This document shows, piece by piece, positions 11,300 to 29,752 of a stretch of DNA of 64,000 bases. Position 1 is the stretch's first letter; every line of letters starts with the position of its first letter. The stretch is taken from positions 61,008,001-61,072,000 of the forward strand of contig CM052824.1 in assembly GCA_028534125.1 (NCBI GenBank), read 5' to 3'. This stretch comes from Lama glama. Lineage: Eukaryota. The notes beneath the pieces were generated by a model. It saw nothing but the letters and a program-made list of their open reading frames with translations. It made no database searches and was not told the DNA's origin. The position numbers and the translations under genes were made by a program.

Positions 11300-12740
11300 T
11301 AGAGCCCAGCCGGGCAGATGCTCGGTGGACACGGGTGCGACCACGCGCCGGCAGCCCGGCGCCCATGTGGACCTAGGCCACGCCCACGGGCCGAGCTTTC
11401 CACGGCTCGACCAATCGGCGCCTCCGTCGGGGGCGTGGCCTCGGCATCCTGCGGCGCCTGGAGCTCCTCCGATGCTAGTTACCTCACCAGTACACTCCCT
11501 TGGACCTCGTCTAAAGTAGGGGTGGCGGGGCTGGAACTTCTGCCCCTAGAAACCAAAACTCGAGGACAGCCCCACGCGGGCTTACGGGTCGGCGCCTCTA
11601 CGGACTGACCGCCCCGCCCGGAGGGTGCCAAGGGGACGACCGTGGGGGGAGTCACCCAGCGGCGCCACCCCCGACTGGCCACGGTGGTACGGCCCTCAGG
11701 GAACGACTGCGGGGGAAATCGCCCAGCAGCACCCCCCTCCAACTGGGCCGCGGTGGTACGGCTCGGAGGGTGCCAAGGGGGCGAACGAGCGGCGACCAAG
11801 AAGCCCAGAGTGAGAGACGTCCCCCGCGGGACAGCGAGGAGTCGCCGCCGTTTGTCGCGTCACTTCCGGCCCATGACTTCTGAGCGTGGCGGCACTTCCG
11901 CCCTCTAGCCCCGCCTCTGCTTCCGGCCCGCCCACCCCGGGCCTGCCCGCACCCCGCTGGTTCCCGGAGCCGCTATCGCCGGGACGTGGGCGGGTCGCCG
12001 TGTGGAGGCGGGCCCCGGGTGACCGGCCTCCAGGGCCGGGCCGGGGCCGGGTCCGCGTCCCTCAGGCTGCCCGGCCGCGCGGCGTCTGGCCCGGGGCTCC
12101 TCGGTGGGTGGCCGGTTCGCGCCGGGAGCGCTGAATAGAGCCAGCGGGGCGGGCTGTCTCCGGGGGTCGCTTTTCGCGTCCGGGCCGAAGCCCGTCGGCC
12201 CCCAGCCTCCTCCCACCCATCCCCGGCTCGCGGACCCCTCTGCCGGCCGGCCACCGCAGGGCCTCGGCTCGCGCTCGGCCCTGTCGTCCGAGGCCGTTCT
12301 TCCGGAGGCCCCGCGGCCTCCGGGTAGGACGGTCCCTTGCTGCCTGTCACGCCCCGGCCCTTTCCTGTGATGTGTCCACCACATGGCGTCCCCGGGCCCC
12401 GCCTCGCAGGCCCGACGGCGCGGTCGCGGGGCGCTCTTCCGCTCGGACCCCAGGCCTCGGGTTGGCGCTGCGCTCCCGCCCTGGGTCCGCCCGGCTCCTG
12501 CGGCGGGGCGGGCGGGACACAGGTGGGGCGGGGGCGGAGGCTGGGGTACCTGGGATGGGCGGGGCCGCGGCGCCTGAGCTGCGGTGCAGGATCAGAGGCC
12601 TCGCGGGGTCGCGGGGCGAGGGACACGGCCTCGGGGGTTGTGCCCCCGAGGTGGGCACGGCTCCGGTTCGGCAGGTGCAGCTGTCCCGGAAAGAACCAGG
12701 TAAAGATGCTCCGTGTGCTCCGGTCGCCTGCAGATTCATT
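11300..12740 (+). promoter_or_regulatory. SLC35E2B: CpG island / promoter of SLC35E2B
   Basis: Very CpG-dense. CCAAT at 11411-11415; ETS motifs at 11861-11869, 11893-11900 and 11920-11926; GC boxes; candidate non-coding exon donor CAG|gtaaag at 12700. Confidence 0.85.
11619..11780. repeat. Degenerate tandem repeat (~65-70 bp units) in the SLC35E2B promoter
   Basis: cggagggtgccaagggg at 11619-11635 and 11764-11780; acgac...cccagc...cggtggtacggc at 11636-11693 and 11703-11762. Confidence 0.8.
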
Positions 12741-13065
12741 GCAGTTGGTGTTTTTCTGCCCAGAATTTTATAAAACTGGAAATTATGTAATGGCTGACAT
12801 CCTGCCAGCCGCTGGTTCTAGCGGATTGCTATTTTGTAAATTGGGTTGGGAAACTCCCAGGCAGGCCCAGAGCTACCACTTCATGCTTGTCCTCGGGTGA
12901 CTTTTCTTTGACGGATTTTATGGGGCCTGTGACCGTCCAGGCAGTTTCCTCTTATGGGCTCAGGCTCTAAAGCCTTTGAAAACCTTGCTCACCCCCCGCT
13001 GCTGTCAAAGAAAGAAGTAGCCTCTATTTAGAGGCTGATTCTTTGTTCATTGGCTTAAAGTGGTT

Positions 13066-13067
<2 letters not shown>

Positions 13068-13103
<36 letters not shown>
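13068..13103. repeat. (GT)18 microsatellite
   Basis: Perfect dinucleotide run. Confidence 0.98.
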
Positions 13104-13105
<2 letters not shown>

Positions 13106-13379
13106 AGTGCAATGTACTTTAATCACAAATCTTTAAACTTGCAAGTAACGTTTTAAAGCAGAATGAAACAGTATTAGACACCATGAAAAGAGACATTAGG
13201 AGAGAAAATAGGACAGTTTTTACATTAAAGAAATCCATTTTCAATACAGACAAATTAAAAAATGGAGAGACACCAAATTAGAATGGCCCAAGTCTCTGCG
13301 TCCCCGAGCTGAACATGTCCGTAACTTGGCCTGTGTTCCGAACTGCTTGTACTTTTTAAACCAGAACACGTCGTGCGGA

Positions 13380-13740
13380 GGCCTTGTCATCCTGCTCTCA
13401 CTTAGTCTACGGCAAATGTATTTTCTATCAAGACTTGTAGGGCCACTGTGTATTCTCTTAATTGTGACCCACTGTCCCATTATGTGACAGAGTTTATCAC
13501 AAATGCCTTTTGGACACTTGGCTAGTGTCAGTTTCTCAGTCTTAAAAACTGAGCTTTTGAACATCCTTGTATGTACAAGCGTGGGCCTTTGTCAAGTCGT
13601 TTCTTTAGGATAAATCCCAGAGGGGGCACTTCTGAATTGCAGCGTGTGGAACCTGTAGAGTTCCAGTGCATTTTACCTGAAAGTACCGACTGTCTGCACC
13701 TCACCAGGCATTTGAGAACATCGTGGGTTGCGAGTTTTAG
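13380..13740 (-). mobile_element. Old L1 (L1ME-like) 3' fragment, antisense
   Basis: Degenerate matches to the antisense L1 3' UTR (tggacacttggctagt...tgaacatccttgta...ttctttaggataaatcccaga). Confidence 0.5.
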
Positions 13741-15929
13741 AGCAGGGACTCTCAGCCTCAGGCTGATGGGCCCTGGAATTCAGGAGTCTGCGTGGCTGGA
13801 TGGGGAGAAGTTGGCATCTTTATTTTCACTGACTTGGCCCCAAACTTTACTTCAGTGGCAAATAGGCCACGGTGGTCCCGGCAGCCCTCATTTCAGAACC
13901 AGGCCCGCTCCCAGCTGGTCCCAAGCCCTTGCTGTGGGGCTGGTGGCGGCTGGGCTGGGTCAGGCCGTGGCACATGGTGCGGCACCTGCACGTGATAAAG
14001 ACGTCAGAGGTGTGTCTCTTGTAACGTGTCTCTGACCTGGTTTCCCTTCAGTCTTACACGTGCACCCTCTTCTGAGGACAGCTCTGGGCAGGAGAAAAGT
14101 TGGGGGCCAACCCTGGCCTCCTGAGCCACCTGCTCCCTGCTGGGCAGGAAAGGCTGCTTAGCAGTTCTTGCTGTTTGTGCTGTAATCGGTGAGGGAGGCC
14201 ATTCAAGCCTTTGTCACCAGTGACCTGGGGGTCACGGGGCTCCCCCAGGTTCATCCCACCCCGTTTCCATGCAGACTTGGGGGAGGTTGGCTGCTGGCTC
14301 TTCAGGTCGGTTTTTTGTTGTCAGACCAGGCCCGCTGACCTTTGGTCTTCTACAGGACAGGAACCGCCTCTCCAGAGAGCAACCTGAATTACAGGGGCGA
14401 AGGGGACCAGGCGGTGGAAACACAGGAGCTGGAGTCAGGGGGCAGCTGTGACCCCGGCGGGACTGGGTGCAGAGGACCTGCCCGGCTGGGACTGCCTGAC
14501 CCCCAGCCCCTCCCGGCCTTCACATGTGACGCCCCACACCACCTCTGAGGGTCTTCACCACTCCCGGGGGCGGCCTTCAGCTCAGGATTTCAACCCCAGC
14601 TCTTGCCCAGTGGTAAGTGTTGTGTCATGGGGTCGCCTGTCATCGTGTGGAGAGGACCCGGCCGTCACTCAGCTGTGTGCTGCCCTGCACCTCGTTCTCG
14701 CTGCTGGCCCACTTCGCATCCTGTGAAAAGCCCAGGATTTCTGTTCCTTCTCTTGCGGTCGCTGGGGGTGTTTCCCAGCTGTCATGACGAGCAGGCCTGT
14801 CTCGATGTCTGTGTGCACGTCTCGTGCAGGACTTCTGGGGGGAGCTCGAGGTCGGAGCTGCTGGTCTGTGGGGTGTGCAGAGGTTTCCGTGCCAAGATGG
14901 AACCAGATGATTTCCCGAATGCTGTCCCGGTCTGTGCCCCACCAGCAGTGTCTGAGTTCCTCCAGGTCTAAGTCTGTCCAGCATCTCCGGGTGTTGTCAG
15001 ACTTGCTGCTCAAAGAGAACTTGTTGTGCCAGCTGCACAAGGGAGAGATGGAGTCTGACGGAGCTTGTGATCTTGGGTGGGGGTCTCACTTGAGAAGTCA
15101 TAGCCACAGGCCTGATCGCCAGGCAGGTGTGGGTTTGTCTGGAAAGTTGTTGCTGAGCCGATGACACCCCGGGGAACCTGGCAGAAGCAGCCCCATGCCT
15201 CCACTCCAGGAAGGACCCTCGGCTCAGGGTCTGTGCGGGAGCAGAGTCAGCTAGCCCTCCAGGAGGACCAGGACTGCAGGACTGCAGTGTTGGGTCCTAG
15301 GGGAATGAACTGTCAGAGACTGAGACAGAAGATGGAAGGAAGGGATTGGAGAGAAACAGGCCAGTTTGCAGTGGTACCAGATAGAGCAGGAAAGACACAG
15401 TGATCGGAATTCAAGACCTGATGAAGGACGGAAAGCCCGAGTCTCTGATGGGGCAGGTCAGTCCTCCTGTGGAGGACAACGCAAAATGCTGAATGAGAGA
15501 TTAAGAGGTCGGATGAGGGGTGGGAGAGCTGAGCATGTGAAGTGTCACTACGAACCCATGTGGGGAGGGACTCTGGCTGGTCCCAGGTGGACGGGATGGT
15601 ACACAGCACCTGTGACAGCTTTGGGGATCGGGGGCACAGACCCCAGGCCTTGGCTGAGCTGAGCAGCTGTGGGAGGAGAGGGCCCTCGGATACTTTAGAA
15701 ATAGTTGGTGGGATCTGCAAGAGGCTCAGGTGTGTGGGAGGGAAAGAGGCAGAGGGGGCTTGGGTCTTAGGAACTTGGTGGCAGAGAAGTCAGAGAAGCC
15801 AGCCTACCTGCTCCTTTAGGGCAGCAGACTGACCCACGGGCCTGAGGATGAGGCCAAAATTCCGTATTTGTGATTCATAGTTTCATTAAGTGGGTGATTA
15901 AAGCTTTGAGGACATTAAGATGCTGCTAG

Positions 15930-24016
<8,087 letters not shown>

Positions 24017-27000
24017 GCTCCAGGCCCCACGTGCCACGGCGCCCCTCCTCTCAGGAGGCTGCTGTGGGGACCCCAGGCTCCACAGGTCCTGGGCGGGGGG
24101 CAGGGGTGTGCAGCCTTCCCTGTCCTTGTCTTGGGTTTTTGGTCAGAACTGGCCTTGGGGTCCAGATGCCAGCCTTCTAGGGCCGAGACCACCACTGCCA
24201 CTGAGCCATTGCCACGCTATATGAAACTTTCTCCCACCAGCCTTGGAGGTCCACTGTGCCAGGACTGAAGGCTGAGACACCCACTACCTGGCCACAGAGG
24301 CCATAGCAGCCAGGCAGTGGAGGGGCAGATGGGGTGTGGAAACCGGGGTCCTGCTCCTGCGCATGGGGATTGGGCCCTTGCCTCCCCACCCTCCCTCCCA
24401 AGGCTGAGCTGCCCACAGCAGGACCACTTGGGGAAGGTCGCTCAGGGAAGGGGAGGGTGCCCTGCCCCTTTCGGGGTCTGTGCTGCACTGAAGCCCCGCC
24501 TCCTGAGGTTCCTCCCCGCACCTGTGGCTGGGGTGCAGGCCAGAGACCCCCGTGAGACTTCCGGCCTGCGGTGTTTAGCTGGGGGTGGGGAGATGCTGGC
24601 ATCCCCTTTGTTGGTCTGGACTGTGCAGCAGGTGTTCGGAGGGTTCTGGGGAGCACCTTTCTCCACTCAGCTGCCAGGAGCCTCGCCTGCGTCCCTTCAC
24701 CGAAGGTGTGCGGTTTTTCCCGTGAGAGGGGAGCGGGACACGCCGGGGCGCTCACAGGGCTCGTTAGGCCGCCTCTCAAGTGGCGGCATGGTTTCTGACG
24801 AAGGAGACGCAGGCACAGGGAGCACCCAGGTGCGTCCCGTGAGTGGGTGGCCACGCTCCGAACCCCCGGCCCCGCCAGGCGAGCCCCGTGTCGGGCTGAG
24901 GCTCCTCGTGTCTTTGCTTGCTTTGGAGCCGGAGCCCCAGGGCTGGCCCGATGCAGCCTGGCTCGGGGGTCGGGCTGCTGCCTGCTGTCTCGGACCTGCC
25001 TTGGGGACAGGGGCAGGTTTGGGGAGACAAGGAGCGTAAGGCACCAGTTGTTCCCTAGTCCCACCGACTCCCTGCTGCCCAGGCCCTGGCTCCCGTCAGC
25101 GGGTCTCTGGTTTTCCAGTTGGCTTCTCAACTGGAAAATATAAAACAGCCCCTCCTGGAGATTAATCTCTTAGAAACAAAGAGCAATAATTACGTCTCAT
25201 TAAGTCCTGCCTTCTGTAAGAAGTCTGTCCTGATGATGAATTTAAATGAAGCCTTTTAAACTACACACCACCTTTTTATGACGCTGACCTGGGCCAGAGG
25301 GCCGGCGGGTGTGTGACCACCTGCGGGATGAGCTCAGCCTCGCCATGCAGGTGTGTCTCATGTGACTTTCCCAGTCTGTTCCCTTTCCTCTCTTCCTGCT
25401 TCAAAAAGCAAAACTGAAGAGGATCCTTCAAAGGTGCCTGGGCTGGTGGGCTGGGGCACTGACCATGAGGACCAGGGTAAAAGCACCACTTCCACGGGGC
25501 TCCTGCCTGCCTGCGCCCTCAGAATGTGTCTGCCACGCCAGCTGCAGCCTGTATGCTGGGAGCAGGGGGAGAGGTATGCAGTCGCCCGCCGCACGCTCAT
25601 CCAGGTGGGCTCAGAGGTGCGGCCACCTGTCTGAGCACGTTGAGGGCCCAGCTCTGCACCTCCTGTGGACCTGCTTTCACAAGTGGCTTTCAGTCTGTTT
25701 TGATTTTCTAAATTTTTAGACCAGAAACAAAGATTTCTCCAAATTATTAGCAAATGAGGCAATTTCTCATGCAACTGCTTTTGACACTTTTCTCATCCTG
25801 GGTGGGAGGGCGACAGAGCAGGGCTGCAGCCACATTCCGTCCACTGTCTCCACCCCTCAGTCCACGTGGTGGGCATTTCCAGGACGCCCTGCTCCGAGTC
25901 AGAACCCGCAGCCCGGCCTGGCCACTCGTGTAAAGACTGTACAGACATGACATGGTTTTTAAGTAACTTCGTCCCAGTTTTGTGTGTCCTTTTCTTTGAA
26001 CTGTCCGTAGCAGCCAACTAGGTGTGTGTTAGGTCAGTTCCTCCTGTGTCCGTGGTCACTGTCGGTGCCTCTGAACAAACACTTGAACCAGCCTTCCTGT
26101 CTGGTATCTGCTCACTTACATCAATACTTAAGATGTTGAAATCTCCGACTTTCAGGGGAATTTCCACTACTGAGTGGCATAGAAAGCTTTATTTTTTTAA
26201 ATCCCCATAGTCATAACTTCCTGTGTATCAACATTAGAATAATCTGCCTTGGAAAGCTGGGAAGACTTGTGCAATCCAAAATGTGTCTTTAATTTGGGGG
26301 GGAGCCGCACGGTGATTCAAACAGTGAAGGAGCGCACAGAGAAGATGGGCCAGGCGAAGCCATGCTTGCGGCCTGCACTTGAAGTAGTTTTCCCCAAACC
26401 AGTGGGCTTGCTTCCTGTTGTGGTCCTGTCCTGTGGGTGGGCACTTACAGCCGGGCCAGTGGGGGGGTCACAACCATGCACCACGTCTTCTGTCTGTCCC
26501 AGTGAGGTGCTTCCTGAGGCATGAACGTGTTTTCCCTTTTCCCTGGGTTGAAAGATTAAACAAGGATGTCATTGCAGATAGAAACCCTCTCCTCGCTGCC
26601 TTCGAGCCGTTTGTACTGAGGGCTCTGCTCTTTTCCAAAATACATGTGTGTCCTGGTTGGGGCCACTTTGTTTTCTGAGTTTATAACTGACGTCCCAGCT
26701 CCCCCGATGCAGCTGCCTGTTTCTCTGTCCCGGCTGAGGAGCCGAGAGCAGAGTTGTGAGGCTGTGCTGACCGTTGGTGGCTCCTCACCCTGCAGCTCAG
26801 AGTATAAAACCTTCACGGTGGCTGTCCCTGAAGTATTTCTCCCGGTTTTCCTGAGAGCTCTGATTCTGAGTTGGCTGGCTGTTGGATCCATGCCTGGATA
26901 TCCAGACTGAGCTGGAAGCTGTTCTAATTGGCAGAGTTGTTGTCGTCATCTTCGTCGTCGTTTTTCAGGTTTCATTGCAGGGAAACACGTTCAGCTGATG

Positions 27001-27403
27001 CGCCCTTTCTCGACCGCAGGTGTGTGAGCAGAGTCTGAACCTGCCGGGGTGGGGGGCACTGCGTTGAGGAGGGCCACAGTCAGGGTGTCCTTCCCACACT
27101 GAAAGACTTGAAAATTACGTCAGTAATTGTCTGCATAACTGGATTATATTTGCTTCATACCACATGAGCCTGTGGAGAACTAAAAATCACATTGTACTAA
27201 GTGTAGTGTTCTGCGTTTCACCTATTTCAGTATTTATGTGACTAAGCCAATGCTTTCTAGAAGGTGGTTGTTAGCGAGGCACTGTCACTTCTGTGGTGAT
27301 ACACTGATGCTGTGCAGTTAATCCTGTGAACGCCTCCTCGTTATTTTTGTCTAATAGGCCACCATAGTAGCAACTATCTAAGACTCTTGTTCCACAAAAG
27401 TAA

Positions 27404-27409
27404 AATAAA
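27404..27409 (+). terminator. SLC35E2B polyadenylation signal (3' UTR about 3.4 kb)
   Basis: AATAAA followed by a strongly U/GU-rich downstream element (gtgtacttctttgttttctttcttgttt). Confidence 0.75.
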
Positions 27410-27492
27410 TGTTAAATGTGTACTTCTTTGTTTTCTTTCTTGTTTAATTCTTAAGTATCTGCGTTACTAAAATGAACCAATGTGGGTTTTGG

Positions 27493-27621
27493 TTTTTTTT
27501 TTTTGGTCAAAGGAGACAATTAGGTTTACTTATTTATTCTTAGAGGAGGTACTCGGGATTGAACCCAGGACCTCATGCATGCTAAGCACATGCTGTATTA
27601 CTTAAGCCATACCCTCTCCCC
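27493..27621 (-). mobile_element. tRNA-derived SINE (camelid Vic-1-like)
   Basis: The reverse complement reads ggggagagggtatggcttaagt...gcatgcatgaggtcctGGGTTCAATCCCgagtacctcc...aaacctaattg...A-tail, i.e. A/B-box head plus tail. Confidence 0.85.
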
Positions 27622-27816
27622 TACAAGGTGGTTTCTTACTGCCTTCACCCATTTTCAGCATGGAGTTTAAAAAAAAAAATTAAAGTTTTTTTCCTGTTAC
27701 CAAGAACTCAGGAAGTAAAACAAGAGCTTGGATAAACGTTTCCTTCCAGGGGGAGAAAAAAAATTCCAATTCCATGCACCCTTTTTGTGCCCTGATTATT
27801 GTCACATTCTACATTT

Positions 27817-28140
27817 TGTTACGAGACAAGGTGGGCTAGAGGCGCTTAGGTGGTAAAAGAATTTAGCAAAGACAAAGAATGAGAACAGTGTTTATTGGGT
27901 TACACTGCCACAGAAAACAGCAGGCCACATAGGCGAAAGGTACCTGTGTGAACGCTGGGGGCCAGCTATTGGGGTGTTTTATAAGGCTGGGTCACAAGGT
28001 CCCTGATCAGCTTGTGCACAAGGTTCTGAGTGGTTGTGAGGTAAGTTTAGGGTCCGAGAAGGGCGGTGGGTCTGTTTCTGACTGACAAAGTGGGCTGAAA
28101 CAAGCCAGCCTGAGCTGTTAGATGGGGCATGACCTAGGAC
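27817..28140 (-). mobile_element. LTR-like fragment (MER50-like), antisense, upstream of the CDK11B promoter
   Basis: Begins tgttacga..., contains ggtggtaaaagaatttagcaaagaca and a reverse polyA signal (tttatt). Right boundary approximate. Confidence 0.45.
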
Positions 28141-28429
28141 TTTGTTAGTGCAAACACACCCAGTAAAGTGTGTATCCCTTTATCTGTTACGGGACGGACA
28201 TCTGAGAGTCCAGGAACGGAGGGTAGGTAGGGCTCGGTGGATTTTGAAGGACGACCGTTGGGCCCACACATTTCCCATTTCAGGTCCAGCAGATGTGAGT
28301 GAACGTTTATCTTCCATTCTCTTTTCAGAGATTCAGATTGTTGGATTACCAATTTTCCGTTATCACTTAAAACCACAAAGGTCCCAGAAAACCTGAGCTA
28401 GGGAAGAGGCCTTCCTCATTCCACGACCC

Positions 28430-29700
28430 TCAGCATGTTTGAGGCGGAACCTTGGGAGCGCGGGTCTTTAAAACCTTTGCAGGCAAATGTGAGGAAGCGC
28501 CAAGCGTGAGGAACCGCCTGTGAACGCGCCCTGCCCGGCTTTGCAGAAGCTTGAGCCAGATGCGTGGCTGCGGGGACAAGACTTTCTTTCCCTTTTCGGA
28601 AAACTGGGTCAACCGCAGCATCACTGGGGTCCTTCCTCGGCGCAGGACTCCCCTGGGCCACATGCCAGCAACCGGGGAGAAGCCCGAGGCGGGGACTGGA
28701 GGGCAGCGGCGCAGGGTCGGCCCCGGGGGTCCCCGACGTCCGCCGGCTCCGAGCAACGAGGGCGGGGGCGGGGGCGGGGCCCCAGGGGGCGGGGCTCCCC
28801 ACCAGGATTCGCCCCAACCCGGCGCGCCGGATGTCGTCACCCGTAAGCGTCGATCCAGGTGGGGAAGCAAGGCGCGCGCCAAGCGCTCCGCTCCAGTCCG
28901 GAACAGGCGGCGGCCGCGGGCTGCCCTGTTTTGTCATCAGCCCGCGCCGACGCAGGAAGTGACGACGCTCCTGGAGCGCGCCGGGCGCTGTTTCTCCTCA
29001 GGCTCCGAGACCGGCGGCGGCGGCGGCGGCGGCGGCGCAGGGGTGAGCGGCGGCGGCGGGGTGGGCGGCCGGGGGGTGCGGCCGGCTCACCCGAGCTCTC
29101 GGATCCCGGCGGGCCTCGCGCGCGGGCCGGGCGACACTCCCCGCTTCCGCGTCCCATCTCGCCCCGCGCGGACCTCGGGGTTGAGTTGAGGAGGCGGCGA
29201 GCCCAGACACTCCCCCAGTCCCCTTGCGGGGCCGAACCCCGGTTAGCGCGACTGAACCCAGAGACCGGGAAAGCGCGGCCCGCTCTGCGAGCGCGCCCAC
29301 AGAGCGCCCCCCCACCGCCGGCCCTCGTGTCCTGCGATGCGGCCGCGGCCGTCAGGCGGGCGAGGGGCTCACGCAGCCCAGGTGGTACTTACAGTGAATC
29401 CCGCTGATGGCAGAAACAGTACTAGGGGAGTGCCAGGTGCTGAGCTCCGAGCTCTACCCTCATGGTCTCACTTTATCCCCAGACGATGCTGCCATCAGGT
29501 GGTGGTCTTGGCGGTTACGGAGTGGTACCTGAGCCGAAGTGCCTTGGCCTAGGTCGGACGGACGGGAATGACAGGAAAGAGACTTGAGTCCAAGCGGTCA
29601 TTTTCCAGAGCCCATCGCTCGTAACGACGCTTTGTACTGAAGCGCTCAGAAGTGACGCGGCCGAAGTGTTTGGAGACAACATAGCATCAGACTGTGGCGC
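28430..29700 (+). promoter_or_regulatory. CDK11B: CpG island / promoter and non-coding exon 1 of CDK11B
   Basis: GC boxes; ETS-CRE composite caggaagtgacg at 28953-28964; exon-1 donor gg|gtgagc at 29043. Confidence 0.88.
29013..29036. repeat. (GGC)8 trinucleotide repeat in the CDK11B 5' UTR exon
   Basis: Perfect run immediately before the exon-1 donor. Confidence 0.95.
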
Positions 29701-29752
29701 TGTGCCCTGACGCAGTTTGAATTCTTTTTGTTTTTGCAGTGTTTTAACTCAA

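Noticed and set aside
24177-25130. 317-aa minus and 240-aa plus ORFs
   Set aside because: They lie in the GC-rich SLC35E2B 3' UTR, with no domain or exon structure.
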